In this document: positions 1 to 13,164 of the stretch, piece by piece
Layout of the letters: each line of letters begins with the position of its first letter
Numbering within the stretch: position 1 is the stretch's first letter
Origin: Octopus bimaculoides
Taxonomy: Eukaryota
NCBI RefSeq assembly: GCF_001194135.2
Contig: NC_068990.1
Span: 29,690,515 to 29,754,514, forward strand
DNA length: 64,000 nucleotides
Direction of reading: 5' to 3'
The notes under the pieces: generated by a model
What the model saw: the letters and a program-made list of their open reading frames with translations, nothing else
Told to the model about the DNA's origin: nothing
The model's database searches: none
Translations under genes and position numbers: made by a program

Positions 1-627
1 GAACCTCGAGTAGCACCATTCGCGTTGGGTTTGCTGCATTTGAAAACCTGGAAGCTGGCATTCTGGAAAGAAGTGCCGAGAATGCATCCCTAAGCCAGCT
101 AAACACTTCGACCATGCCCGGCCAACTGGGTGTGGCAGCCTCTGATAACTCCGGTTCCACTTCAATGGAAATTGAAAAACCTAGTGGAACTAAAGAGTTG
201 AATGCTACGTCTTCAGTGAACCATGAATCTCCTGCAAGTCTTTCATCACATTTTTGTAACCAAGCTCAAGTTGTTACTAACAGTGACCCTCCAGCACCAT
301 CTTTGTTTGGGAGTTGTGAGGTGAGGACTGAAGACGTCGATGACTGTGATCCTCTTCCAAAATGTGATATTAAACAAACAGCAGAACCAATTCCTCTCGC
401 AAGTGGGGAGGACAGTTGTTCCATGTCCTTTGAAACTGAGACAGAAGTAAATGACAGCAAGAGCTCTTCCCACACGACATGTGGCCAGCTGGAGAAGCAG
501 GGTGAGAACTCCGCTGATCTGCTGGCTTCTCAAAATCCTGTTTGCAACAATGAAGGAATGCTCGTTTCTACTGACTCCGATTCTAAAGACCATTCAATGA
601 GACTTTCCACCGGCAATAATGATTCAG
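1..627 (+). CDS. DCAF6: DCAF6 large internal exon, Ser/Glu/Asp-rich linker; starts upstream of window
   Basis: Frame open from position 3; donor TCAG|GTAAAG at 628, phase 1, matching the next exon. Confidence 0.8.
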
Positions 628-2763
628 GTAAAGAATTATCAAAATATCTTTTCTCCTCTCCATAGGACATTATGTTTGTTTCCCTTCTTACATGGCACCC
701 ATTTCACTTGCTAAACCTTTTCCTGTTGAAATACCCTGCCTTTGTTTCAATTAATTTTCAAATAATGAAGAATTTAATAAAATGCCTTTCGTCATTATAA
801 ACCTGGTATTTCGAACAAACACAAAAGCTTGATGGATGACTTCAATTGAGATCAGTTTCAAAGAACTTTTGTTTTATAGACCAAAAAGCAGTATCAGAGG
901 TGGGTTGGCATCAAAGGGGTCAGAGGGGTTAAGGGATGGGAGGGCTTAAGGATTTTTGCTGCTGCAGAGGAGCTAATATGGTTATAGACATTTTAGAAGA
1001 GAAGGCGGTAGTTATCAGTCTGGAGGTGAAAATAATAGGTGAACCTTCAACATCCAAAATAGGAAAGAGTGATGACAGAGGAACCAGGAGTGAGGGTGGG
1101 TAGATTAATCAAACTTAACTATGACAATTTTGAACACATTTCTTTTATATTACGCGAAATATTTCATTAATTATAATATATGTAATTGTATTCAACATGG
1201 ATTAATTTCATGTTTTAGTAACGATGTCATTATGTATGAAACTTCCAACTACTGACACAGGGAACGAAAGAGTTACAAAACATTTTTGAAAAGGCACCAT
1301 TTTTTAAAAATGTGCTGTGGGGGAGCGATTGCTCCTCTTGCCCCACTGGTAGCCATGCCACTGATTCTTGACCTCAATTGGGAGTTCTCATTGAAGCCTG
1401 AACAGGTTTATGTTTGCCTTGATTCTCTTGTATCACACATTTGACGTATGATATCACGGGATAATCATCATCATCATCATCATCGTCGTCGTTTAACGTC
1501 CGCTTTCCATGCTAGCATGGGTTGGACGATTTGACTGAGGGCTGGTGAAACCGGATGGCAACACCAGGCTCCAATCTAATTTGGCAGAGTTTCTACAGCT
1601 GGATGCCCTTCCTAACGCCAACCACTCAGAGAGTGTAGTGGGTGCTTTTACATGTCACCCGCAAATCGTTCTGCTCAAGATACTGGTAATAACCTTCGAC
1701 AATACACAACTCTCGGCTTTACACTGTTCAAGACTCACTCACACTCTCTGCATATGTCCATTTATATTGTGGCACAGTCCATTAGGAACTAACCAATAGG
1801 GGTGTTCTATTTCCACACAACAGATTCATGGACTAAAAATTCAATTACTTACATGCATACATGATGATTGCCTCGTTTTGTCAGATGGCTACTGAATGAC
1901 ATTCATGGTCAGAGATCTGTCATTGAATTTAAGTGTCAAAAGCTTGCACAACACTTTTGCCATTCTCTCAGTTGCCATTGTAGGTTCCAGTGACAAGTAT
2001 TGCAAGACGACAGACACTATTTAGTTCTATGTCAGAGAATATTTCTCCTAGAAGAGCTGCCTTTCCCACGGCCTTGTCAAAAATAACTGGAGCCTCCTCT
2101 ACCCCTGGGAAATCTATTCAACCCATGGATGGGACCCCGGGTCACAATGGACTTAATAGTACTGATGATTAAGGGGTGACTCCATGCTCCCAAACTGGAG
2201 CCTCCCCACCAGATGCAATTTAACGTCATACCCAGGACATATGTGTATGTGAATATGTATGTATATAAGTTAATTACAATATGAAAAGTTTATACCCAGT
2301 TGGAGGCAAATTAAAAGCATCATTTACTGACTTGAACAAACATAAAACCAGACAAGTAGTGTATTTACAAACCTATTAAACCCTAATATAGAATACATTC
2401 TATACACAACCCAATTTAGCGCCTTCAGTCTATCGTCTCTTCGGCCCCATGAAAGGCAAACATTATTTTGAGAGGCAAACATTATTCCAGTGATGAGGAA
2501 GTGAACACTGTAGTGAAGAAGTGGCTCAAAGAACAGTCAACAGAATTTTATGGAGCAGGGATACATGCTCTCATTCGAAGGTGGAACATTGCCATTGAGA
2601 GAAACAGTGACTATGTTTAGGAGTAGGGATGTGATCCACAGAGGACCAGCTTCATTTTGATGTATGATACATGTTCCTCTGTTGGTAATTATACCTGTCC
2701 TAAACAAGATGGCATTACTTTTTGACTCACCCTCATAATAGCAATCATTTGCAGTAGTAGTAG

Positions 2764-2807
<44 letters not shown>

Positions 2808-5800
2808 ATGAATATCTCTCAGTGTTGTTTTGTACTTTTTCTGTCTTTATTTGTTTCTTTTTTATATATATAATTTTTTTTTCTTGTTCTCCTCATAACT
2901 TGTCTTTATTTGGTCTACAGACCTCATTTTTTGATATTGTACTCTTCTCTCTCTCTCTCTTTTTTCTCCCTTTCCTTTTTCATCTGTCATAGCCACATAT
3001 TTATACCCCAACATTTCATGTTGCTGACACAGTCAAATTGAACAGCATTCTTGGAAGATGTTGAAATTGTGATGCTATTTGGTTCACAACTGATGAGGGG
3101 TTGAGCTTCACTGTATCCATTGCATGTGTTTTTCTGTTTTACCATATGTTCTTTTGTTGTCCCCTCGCCACATTTTTCATAGTAGTAGTAGTAGTCACAG
3201 GAGTTGAAACAAAGGTAGTCAATATGAGTGTTTAGGGACAATACAAGATTTTACAGAACGAAAGTTATTTTTTTTCTCTGTTCCATTGCTTCTGTCATTC
3301 TGATGTTTAATGTCTGTTATTTCTAGATCAAGCTTGCGGAAGTTCTAGCAACTTCCCCACAGCAACAACTTCAGCTGAGAACGTTACCAACGAAGAAGAG
3401 AGCAGTGATGAAGAGTTTGTGTTCAGACCAAGTCAGAGTGGGAGTAGCACACGATGGTGAGTTGATGGTCCTTGTGATGATGACATTAAAGTTCTGGGTA
3501 CTTGACTAACAGGGTACTCAGGAGATGAGGTAGAGTGTAGAGGATCTCTGGAAGTCGACCTACAGCAAATGATTTAATACTTCTAATTATATGCTTGCCA
3601 TCCATCGCTGACTATGTGAGACCCAGGCAAAATCCACTTTTGTATCAGTTGCAAATTTAAATTTTCTTCTGTGCGGTCAGGTACTTTGACCAAAAAACCT
3701 TTTCTTGAGACTCTCTCTATGCCACCTAATACCCAATGTCCCTTTGCTTCTGTTACTACTTATCTCCCCCTTAATTTTTATTTACTTTTTTTTATTTAAC
3801 TAAACTGAACAAGTACCATGTAGGTAATTGTTTTACCATGTAATTATACCCATTTTGCTTGAGAAGACCCATCAAGCCGAGTGCAATCGTAGTCATGGAC
3901 GATGTTGGTGTTACGTAACTGTGCCAGTGGCATGTGAAAAGCACCTTTCAAGCGTTGGGCCCCATGAAGGCAAAGTAACTGAATTCCTTCTGACTGTTGG
4001 CCCTCATGGAAGCAATGACTAAGACCCTTGCCATTATGTCGTGCTTGAGAAGACCCATGAACCCAGCAAAATCGCAGTCATGGCAGATACTGGTGTCACG
4101 CAAATAGCATCTGTGCCGGTGGCACATAAAAGCATCCATTACACTCCCAGAGTGGTTGGCGTTAGGAGGGGCATCCGGCCATAGAAAGCCACGCTAAATC
4201 TGACTGGAGTCTGGTGCAGCCTTCCAGTTTACTAGCTCTGGTCAAACTGTCCAGCCCATGCCAGCATGGACGTTAAGTGATGACTACCACTGACCATGGC
4301 ACTCTCTTCTCTTTGCAGTGAAACTTTTAATGTATATCTGGATAATCTGTGAGGATTCTGATGTTATTCTGCGACAAACTAGCTGAATCATTAAAGCATT
4401 GGAAGAAATGTTCTGCAGTATTTCTTCTGGCTCTTTATGTTCTGAGTTCAATGCCTGCTGAGGTCATCTTTATCTTATTGATCCCAAAAGATGAAAGGCA
4501 AAATACCAGTCAAGTTGTAAGGGGTTAATGTATTCAGCTAACCCCTGATTACATTGATTACAAAACTGCTGGCCTTTTGCCAAAATTTGAAGTCATATAA
4601 TGAAGGAAGAGGAAGTTTTGTGTGTGTGTGTATGTGTGTGTATAGTATATATACACACATACACATACATGCACACAAGCACGTGCATATGTTTTTACCC
4701 CACAAGAGGCTAACTGCAGTTAATCCTGTAGCATTCAGATTAATCTGCTAAACGTATGGCTTATTCATTCAAATTGTTTTGAATTAATCCTGGATTATCT
4801 CATAGCTTTCAGATTTTGAAGATGATTGTTTATTTTTAGAATGACATTATAGGGAAGGTGTGAGAGGCAGGATCTGGTCAGTTTGAACATAAAACAGGGA
4901 GAATATTTGGGCCAGTTGTGCTCAATTTAAATGCTAACAGGTTAAAGGAAATTGTTCATTTAACATGTTTTATTGTGGCACAAAGAGATCCAAACTGAAT
5001 CTTAAATGATGCCACAGTGCCGATAATTCTTTGTAGTATTGTTGTGATAACCATTTCCAAGAGATTCCTTTCTGCAACATTTCAGTGATGGCGGCAACAG
5101 CAGCGGAAGCAGCAGCAGTGAAACGAAACGAAATATTGCCAAAGCAAAACTTCAAGAATATTACCGACGAAAGAAGGAAGAACGACTCAAAGAAGAACAA
5201 GAAGCAATGAACAGGGTATTTCAAGCATCGATAAAGACCAAATTCAAGGGTCATCGAAATGCAAGAACTATGGTGAGTACCAAACAGGAAGCTGTCATTG
5301 TGCTTGTCTTTGGCAGACAGAAATGTAGTTTGTGTAATTTTAGGTGGAGAGTTTTGTTGTTGGTGTTTAGATTAAGGATAGGAGCGCTGATCCAAGAGAC
5401 CTATGATCAAAGGCATTCTGGCCATGACCATCCAGATAAAGTACAGGGTGAAGAGGGATGGAGAGAGGGAAGAAGAAATGGTGCAGTAGATGGAGATTTA
5501 AAGAAACACAGAGACCCAGATATAGGTATGTCGTAGTGAAGGAGGTTGGGGTGTTTGTTGTACATCCTTGTCCCCTTCACTACTGCAACTTGGGATGAGG
5601 TGGTGAAACACAACCTTCGAACGTTGGGCCTCACAGTGGCAATGACAAGTGACTGAGACCTTTGGAGATATGCTGTGCTTGAGAAGACCCTGCAAGCCAA
5701 GTGAGACCGTAACTGTGGCCTATGTCAGTGCAACATAACCAGTCCATTTAAGAGTACCTTTTAATCATTGGGCAATAAACTGCACTTGTGAAGACTTGTT

Positions 5801-6124
5801 GAGTCAAGTGAAGTCATTGTCATAGCCAATGATAGTATTGCCTGATTGGCACCTGTGCTAGTAGTACGTAAAAAACACCTTTTGAGCATGGTTGTTGCCA
5901 GTACTGGTGTCTTGCCCTCATGCCGGTGGCACGTGAAGCACCCACTACACTCTCTGAGTGGTTGGTATTAGTAAGAGCATCCAGCTGTAGAAACCTTGCC
6001 AGATCAGATTGGAGCCTGGTGCAGCCTCCTGGCTTGCCAGTCCTCATTCAAACCGCCCAGCCGATGCCAGCATGGAAAGCAGATGTTAAATGACGATGAT
6101 GGTGATTATATATATATGTGTGTT

Positions 6125-6188
<64 letters not shown>

Positions 6189-8858
6189 ATATTGTGTGGC
6201 ATGGAAATGATAAAAGTTGATTTCAGGATGTTGAGCCGCAGAAAGAAAATTACAAAAGAACAAAGAAACACTGTGTTGGGGAGGAGAACCTGTTTAACCC
6301 CTAAACAAATTGATATCATGATGATTATGTGTGTGTGTGTGTGTGAAGTAGAGACATATTCCTCTCATAAACTTACCATTTATATAGAAGTCCAAGATAA
6401 ACCATTCATGGATCTTTGTAGTTTGAGGTGAGCTGAAAGGAATAATAATAAAAGCCTGATGTGTGTTTGTTTGATTGAATCTAATAATGAAATGGCTGTA
6501 ATTTGTTTTTCATTTGATCAGATCAAAGAAGCTAATTTCTGGAGTGATCAATTTGTAATGAGTGGGTCAGATTGTGGCCATATCTTCTTCTGGGATCGTT
6601 ACACTGGACGTCTGGCGATGTTATTAGAGGCTGACCGTCATGTGGTCAACTGTCTGCAGCCCCATCCATTTTATCCAAGTAAGTGAACCAAATTATCCCT
6701 ATTCTTTTAGATGCCTTCTAAAATCCCTAACCACCCTACTTGCTCTTCTTTTGTATGAGTTCTGTCTTTGATAAGGCCCTGAATGAGCTGAAATTATGAT
6801 CTGGTTTTTGCTGCCAGTTGTAACCATTTCCTTAAGTGGTTCATGCTACTGAGAAAAGCAAAAAAACAAAAATGAATGTTGCATGCAACCTCCTTACTTC
6901 TTTCTCTCTCTAACCAGAGACCTTTCATGTCTTCAAAAAGAATCATCATCATCATCATCTGTCCATTTTCCATGCTGGCATGGGTTGGACTGTTTGACAG
7001 GAGCTGGCAAGCCAAAGAGCTGCACCGGGCTCCAGTTGTCTCTTTTGGCATGGTTTCTACAGCTCGATGCCCTTCTTAATGCCAGCCATTTTCCAGAGTG
7101 TACTAGGTACCTTATTTATTCCTTATTTTGGATCTGGAACAATACCATAAATGTAGATTATTTGCTCAACACTGGCCTGCCTGGAAGACTAGATGCTAAA
7201 ATAACAATGGCAGTGATGAAGAATAGTTTTCTATGATGACAATACAAGAGATCTCCTGGAAATGTGGTTTCTTTAGAAGAATGTGATGAGGATGTTGCAT
7301 GAGGAATTTCCTGCAATGCTTATATTCCGTTGCATCTGTTTCAGTCTTTGAACAGCAGCCATGCAGACCAATGTCAAGGTTATAACTGAAGCTTTTGGAA
7401 TATCATTGCAGTTATAAATTTTGTATGGCCCTGATCAAACCTACCCATAATCAGAGACGTTCGAGGCATGACCATGGCATATATAGGACTGAGGTGGGGG
7501 TGTTTGGCTGTTAATTTTAGAAGACAAAATAACTTGTGGTATTTACTTAGGATTTGAACTCAGAACAAAGACACAACCATAATTGACTTTGCTTCGTTTC
7601 ATTCAATTATTTCCTGTTGCTCATAGCTGAGTGTTGGAAGGTCTTATCCAGAGTGTAGGTCATGTCATCCAGCACAGAAAAAAATGTGTGCTGATGTCAG
7701 AGTACAGCTAGTCTTCGTCCAAGAATGTCTTTTATACTGGATTAGCTCTTTGTTCTTCCAACAGGCTTTAGAATGTCTTTTGTTTGGTGCAGTTGTGAAG
7801 AAAAGCATTGATGAGAATTATAAATATTTTTTTGTTTTTTTTTTCTATCTTAATCTCTTAATCCCAAATCCCATTCTTTACATTGCTTGTCTTCTGGGAA
7901 GACATTGTCTCTTAATAAGGTATGCTGGAGTTGTTTATCAATTGTGCTATCAGGCAGACATGGAACATAATGTTTTCGAAGGAACCAGAATGAGACCAAA
8001 TTAAATGTTGGTTGGTCTAAAAAATCTTATTAAACTCTTCTTTGGGTGTTAGATATTTTGTTTTATTTCTGATATTCCTCTTCTGTACGTTGTTCTTGTG
8101 TTCTGTTAGTTTTAGCATCAAGTGGCATAGACTATGACATCAAGATCTGGCAGCCTTTGGAAGAACATCCAAATTTTGATGAAGTTAAAGCCGAAGAGGT
8201 AAGCGGTCTCTAAATTTTTAGCACAGATTAAATTAGATTATTGCAAACGATGCTTTGATGAATTAATATCTGGTTAATTGGTGTCAGATGTTGGAAGGAT
8301 TGTGAAACATTTCAGAGCTGTAACTAGTTTCATACTTCATTGTTCCAAGTTCAATTCCAATAGGTTCACTATTATCTGAATGTCTTTGAGGACGAATTGA
8401 ATGTCTTAAAATCAAATCAATCAACTGTGTTACTTCGTTTCAAGAATTAGTTTAATGCCTTGACCAAATAAAAAAAAAGAAAAGTGATTGATGTAATTGG
8501 TGTTCTAGAAGGCTGTTGACCAAAAGGTACTGAACGAGCCATCTTGTTGGCAAGTTGGAGGTACCATGGGATGATGTTAATTTATGATTGAGAAAGGTAC
8601 TACAAAGGGAGAAGCAAAGAGATACACAAAACCAGAATTATTAATCAACAATAGTTACCAATGGAAGAATTTTAGCAAATAAGGGAATGAGACATTTGAA
8701 GGAATCCTGCTCTCTCTTTGTCTACCTGGTCATTCGGCCAAGCAAAAGTTTTTGTGTTGCTTTTTTTTCTTGTTCAGTTTAAGAACAATTAGAAATGTAT
8801 TTTTTTGTTTATTTTAATTTTATTGAAATTCTTTAAGGAATCAATGTTGCTTAGAAAA

Positions 8859-8890
<32 letters not shown>

Positions 8891-10140
8891 CAGATTATGC
8901 ATCGGAATGAAATAATGTTGGATGAAACGCGAGACACAATAACGGTACCAGCTGCATTTATGCTGCGTGTTTTGGCATCTCTCAACCAAATTCGTTCTGG
9001 TAAGTTCACACCCTGAAGACAGCTTCTAGAGCTTAGAGCTTTATTTCATACACCTTGTCATTCATGACCACCACCACAAACTTCAACAATGCTTATAAAT
9101 TATCATGAAGTTAACAATGCTGCCTCCGTATAATTGGTCAACCTGCTAGAAATAATACATCTGCCATCTTCAAGAGAGGAAGGGGACATTGGATAAAGTA
9201 GTCCTATATTCATGGGATGAAAATAAAATGAGATGGTCACATTTGGAATGTTTTTTCTGGCTCAGAGCTGATTAGGGTGAGTTAACAAACAATAGAGGAG
9301 GCGCAGTGGCCCAGTGGTTAGGGCAGCGGACTCACGGTCATAGGATCGTGGTTTCGATTCCCAGACTGGGCGTTGTGAGTGTTTATTGAGCGAAAACACC
9401 TAAAAGCTCCACGAGGGGATGGTGGCGAACCCTGCTGTACTCTTTCACCACAACTTTCTCTCAATCTTACTTCCTGTTTCTGTTGTGCCTGTAATTCAAA
9501 GGGCCAGCCTTGTCACACTGTGTCACACTGAATATCCCGGAGAACTACGTTAAAGGTACACGTGTCTGTGGAATGCTCAGCCACTTGCACGTTAATTTCA
9601 TGAGCAGGCTGTTCCATTGATCGGATCAACTGGAACCCTCGATGTCGTATGCGACGGAGTGCCAACAACAACAAACAATAGAAATTACAATAGTCAACTG
9701 AAGAATTCAATCCAGACAGGCCACTGTGATCACAATTTTGTGGAGGACATTGGTTGTGTGGGATCTGAGAACTGAAATCCTGACTGGTGACAGGCACCAA
9801 ATGATAGCAGCTGGTCAGGCTCCTGTCTTTGTTTATCTTCCCATTTTCTATTCTTTAAACCAGTTATAAACAAGTAAAACTTGTAAATAGATTTATTTAC
9901 TGCATATATTTTTCATTATTCTTTTATTTTGAACGTGAGGAAGAAAGACACACTGTTGAAATATTGTTTAATAAACAAAATCAACATGTCACTTTTTATC
10001 TTATTACAATATCATTTCTTTATAACTGTGTAATTTTTCTATTTTCCATGTTTTCTTCTTTTTGCAAAGGTCGAGCATCAGGACGAGAAGATCAAAATTC
10101 TTCACGAAGAGATACTGGTGATAGCGAGAGTGAAGAATAA
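3..10140 (+). CDS. DCAF6: DDB1- and CUL4-associated factor 6 (IQWD1/NRIP), 3' part, 5'-incomplete; exons <1-627, 3327-3456, 5086-5272, 6522-6678, 8110-8198, 8894-8999, 10070-10140
   Basis: Spliced product ...[12 protein letters not shown]...[36 protein letters not shown]...[33 protein letters not shown].../[36 protein letters not shown] matches the DCAF6 IQ motif, C-terminal WD40 repeats and tail. All introns are GT-AG and phase-consistent. Confidence 0.93.
1476..1662 (-). mobile_element. RTE LINE 3'-tail fragment; representative of over 20 copies in both orientations (e.g. 4130-4290, 6945-7100, 13310-13660, 15610-16010, 25070-25230, 27177-27560, 39633-40010, 41600-41960, 43527-43708, 45980-46270, 55940-56150)
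   Basis: Conserved GGTTGGCGTTAGGAAGGGCATCCAGCTGTAGAAAC...CCAACCCATGCTAGCATGGAAAGCGGACGTTAAACGA module plus (GAT)n tail. Confidence 0.85.
2400..2737 (+). mobile_element. mariner transposon 3' remnant
   Basis: Translates to [14 protein letters not shown] (YSPDLAPSDY-like)...HYSSDEEV...[33 protein letters not shown], then TIR-like end TTTTTGACTCACCCTCA followed by TA. Confidence 0.85.
2764..2806. repeat. (TAC)n microsatellite
   Basis: About 14 perfect units. Confidence 0.95.
3327..3456 (+). CDS. DCAF6: DCAF6 exon ([10 protein letters not shown]...[13 protein letters not shown]...)
   Basis: tttctag|AT acceptor, TG|gtgagt donor; phase 1 in, phase 2 out. Confidence 0.85.
4724..4941 (+). mobile_element. 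TTAA-flanked MITE, piggyBac-like (about 220 bp); other copies near 14652-14727, 29610-29800, 40905-41090, 43478-43874, 46933-47148
   Basis: TTAA at 4720-4723 and 4942-4945; family termini CCCTTTAGCATT...AATGCTAAAGGG; shared interior. Confidence 0.7.
5086..5272 (+). CDS. DCAF6: DCAF6 exon with IQ-like motif and KGHRNARTM
   Basis: tttcag|T acceptor, ATG|gtgagt donor; 187 nt. Confidence 0.95.
5586..6105 (+). mobile_element. 5'-truncated RTE-clade LINE (last ORF codons, 3' UTR, (GAT)n tail)
   Basis: [16 protein letters not shown]... matches the end of the LINE at 60780-60880; ends in the GGAAAGCAGATGTTAAATGACGATGATG tail module. Confidence 0.85.
6522..6678 (+). CDS. DCAF6: DCAF6 WD40 exon (IKEANFW...QPHPFYP)
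   Basis: gatcag|ATC acceptor, A|gtaagt donor; 157 nt. Confidence 0.97.
8110..8198 (+). CDS. DCAF6: DCAF6 WD40 exon ([15 protein letters not shown]...)
   Basis: ctgttag|TT acceptor, GAG|gtaagc donor. Confidence 0.97.
8894..8999 (+). CDS. DCAF6: DCAF6 exon ([35 protein letters not shown])
   Basis: poly-T tract then cag|ATT; G|gtaagt donor. Confidence 0.97.
9297..9669 (+). mobile_element. Full-length tRNA-derived SINE
   Basis: A-box TGGCCCAGTGG, B-box GGTTTCGATTCC, (CAA)n tail; perfect 13-bp TSD AACAAACAATAGA at 9284-9296 and 9670-9682. Confidence 0.9.
10070..10140 (+). CDS. DCAF6: DCAF6 terminal coding exon (RASGREDQ...ESEE*)
   Basis: Pyrimidine tract and gcaaag|GT acceptor; acidic tail ending TAA at 10138-10140. 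Confidence 0.88.
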
Positions 10141-10940
10141 AATGCAAACCTCTTCTGCCAATCAATGTCTTTCAGTTGAATTCTTCAAGGACTGTAAAAT
10201 CCTCACCAATCATCACTGTCTTTTTTTTTTTTATTCAACTAATTTTCTATGATTCTTCTTTCCACCTCTCTGTCCATATTTGGTGACAACAAATAAGAAC
10301 AAAAGAAAAACTGTTTTAAACTGAAAGCTGACAGTTGTCAGAACTGTAAAATAGTTGAAAACTGTAGCTGCAATACTAAACTCCTCTCTATTTAGCTGTT
10401 ATTTTTTTATAACAAAGGATCTGTTTTCTTTTTTTTAATCGCTATTATTATTATTACTACTATTATCATTAAAAACACAATCACTATTATTATTATTATT
10501 ATTATTATAATTTTTACAGTGATGGATATAAAAGGTTTAAGGACTTCTGAGTGGGTTTGAGTGATATTTTTGCCCTTTCATATAATTAGTAGTTCCTGTT
10601 TGATTTATATTTTTATTATTTTTCTAACAGAGACCTCTTTGTTTATTGACGGACTTTTCTTCAGTTTCTGTTTGATTTTAGACCCAGTTTTTAGCAGTTG
10701 TGTTCCATCAATGCTTTGATGCTTATGTTTCCCAACTGAGGAATATTATTACTAAGACAATATATCAATTGACAAAGGAAAGTTGTTTTTCTTCAAGACT
10801 TTTTGCTACATTTTTGTTAATACTCTCTGTTTTTGTTATCAAATGACAAATTTTAACCTTGGTACCTCTTCAAACCAGCTCTAGATTTAGTTTATTTTTC
10901 TTTAAAAAAAAGCAAACAAAACAAACCATAAACTTTGAAC

Positions 10941-10971
<31 letters not shown>

Positions 10972-11189
10972 TCTGTTTTTTTGGTCAATATAAAAACCGT
11001 GGCATGTTTTTCTTTAAAGAAATAATTTTTTTATACACTTTCATCTGCATTCATCAAACTCAGATTTGTGCAGAGATTAAAAAAACAAATCTTTTTCTTA
11101 ACAACAGTGATAATATTTCTTAATTAATCTCAGAATGTATACAAATAATATATATATATACATTGCAACTACATATTTCTTTTAACTGC

Positions 11190-11195
11190 AATAAA
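11190..11195 (+). promoter_or_regulatory. Candidate polyadenylation signal of DCAF6 (about 1.05 kb U-rich 3' UTR)
   Basis: AATAAA followed by a T-rich tract at the end of a repeat-free AT-rich stretch after the stop codon. Confidence 0.5.
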
Positions 11196-12592
11196 CCATT
11201 TTTTTTTTAAAGCCATGTACTATGACTTTTTCCTTGAGAAAAAAAAATCTCTCATGTCTGACCTTACTCTAAAGCACTCAGCCATCAACCTTTTTTTCCT
11301 ATTCTCTTTCATAATCACTTTGTATGTTGATGCTACATTTCTCTCTCTCTCTCTCAGTGTTTCTAGATGGGCAAACCATGTATTTACCCCTTCAGCAAGA
11401 CACTCACTCCTGCCCCTCAACCATAATTACTTATCCTTCAATACTATACCCCACTTAATTAAGTGGGCTTTGTTTTGTGGGGACTGGGTGAACTCATCAA
11501 TGGTGACATCATGAAGAAACTCCCACTACAATTTTTAAGGTAGTTAGTGGTAGGGAGGGTACCCAGCTGTAGAAACCATTACCTAAGTAGATATGTAGAT
11601 ATATATATATAGTTCAAATTTATAGAAAAAGACAAAGACTGGTGTAGGAACAACAAGCAGGAGTTTTAGTTTAATACTTGGGAAAAATCGGAAAGTCTTT
11701 TATGTTTTGAGCCTACGCTCTTCAACAGAAAGGAAAAAAATGGAGAGAGAATGCCAGACCATCCAACCCATGCCAGCATGGACAATGGACATTAAATGAT
11801 GATTACTGATCTGATAATCTCGGGCTGGCAGGATTTGGTTGTTTTATAGCCAAAGCTGTATCTGGTACAAACATCTGTGACATAAGACTATGAACTGAAA
11901 GATTCACTTCTTGACAGGAATTACCTGCCATCCTTAATCAATAATGGAATTCAATAAACTCAGAACTTCAGTATCTGGGATCTTAGACAAAGCAAAACAA
12001 AGAAACAAGCCGAAATCGAAAATCCCACAATACATCTCCACCAACAACCCTCAAAACAATAAAATACTCAGAATAAAATGAGCTTTACATTAGACGAATA
12101 AAAAAAAAAACCACCTTAGGCCAATGAATGACCCTGGATAAATTGCAAATCAAAATACAGAAGAATAGGAGTCGGTGAAAAGACACACATGGGTAGGTCT
12201 CACTTTGGGATGTTTTTTTCCCCCTCTCTATAAATTAGATGGTAATATGACTCAACTCCAACACATTAACAAACAATTACGAGAGCTGCATTATTTGTGA
12301 AGAAGAGGTCCAGGACTTTTAAAACATTTTTACCACTTTCTCTTGTTTGGTGGAATACTATTTGCTTCATAAAAGCATATTTGTTAAGGTCAAGCAGAGA
12401 CTCTACCTGTCTCTGCTCATGTAGTGACATACCTGAGAGGAGATGACCCTAGGGCCACACAATGTTGGGGAGTTTGAATTCTCCTAGAAGTAAGTGAAGG
12501 CTGTCATCTCGGATGGTTAATACACTTCCATCATTTTGAGGCTCTTTTTGAATGAGCCCCCAAGAGTTGGGGTATTTGGAGGGCAATATGTA

Positions 12593-12770
12593 TCAGGGTG
12601 CTCAGTAAGTAACTGTGTTTTTACCAGAAAGGATACAAATACAAATATAAACTACATTTATCTGAATAGTTTTAATCAAGAACATAATCACCATCGTTTT
12701 CGATGACTGCAGCCCAACAGGAAAGTAACTTTTGTATGTCACGCTCAAAGAAACCTATTTCTTTTGCAGA
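12593..12770 (-). mobile_element. mariner 3' remnant (second subfamily)
   Basis: Minus strand reads GFFERDIQKLLSCWAAVIENDGDYVLD*, then TIR-like TTACTTACTGAGCACCCTGA and TA. Confidence 0.7.
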
Positions 12771-12809
12771 AAATATCTATATCTATCTATCTATCTATCT
12801 CTATATATA

Positions 12810-13164
12810 GTAACGTTTTTTTCCCCACTATAACATGGCTGTTCTATAAAGAACTATATTATTACATTTTAACCCCAGGAAAACATCTTTTCCAGCTGCT
12901 TAACAACACACAACCTGTGGGTGCGATATATTGTAAGGGAGCAAATGACTCCCCTCCAGCTTGGCAACACCAGTAGAGTATGGTTTTGGGGTCTTTACCC
13001 TTCATCAGTACTGGATACCTGCCTGCTAGAGATAGCAGTCAATCGTTCCTACTCACAATATATAAACAGAGAAGTGGCAGAAAGCTGCTGATCTCGTAAA
13101 CAGCAAATGTAATCACATGGTTCTTTATAGAACAGCCATGTTATAGGGGCAAAAGAAACGTTAC
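12810..13164. mobile_element. MITE-like element with about 60-bp terminal inverted repeats
   Basis: GTAACGTTT...CTATAACATGGCTGTTCTATAAAGAAC at the left end; reverse complement at 13119-13164. Confidence 0.7.

Noticed and set aside
2993-3234. Strong acceptor at 2992 and GT at 3235 suggesting an extra DCAF6 exon
   Set aside because: Stops in all three + frames, and the flanking exons join in phase without it. A poison exon cannot be excluded but has no support.
6086-6431. ORFs rich in YIYI, CVCV or HTHT (also at 33350-33812, 55924-57113 and 61698-62015)
   Set aside because: Translations of dinucleotide microsatellites.
5086-10140. Annotating the + gene as DCAF8 or WDTC1
   Set aside because: The IQ-like motif before KGHRN and the [24 protein letters not shown] tail are DCAF6 features.
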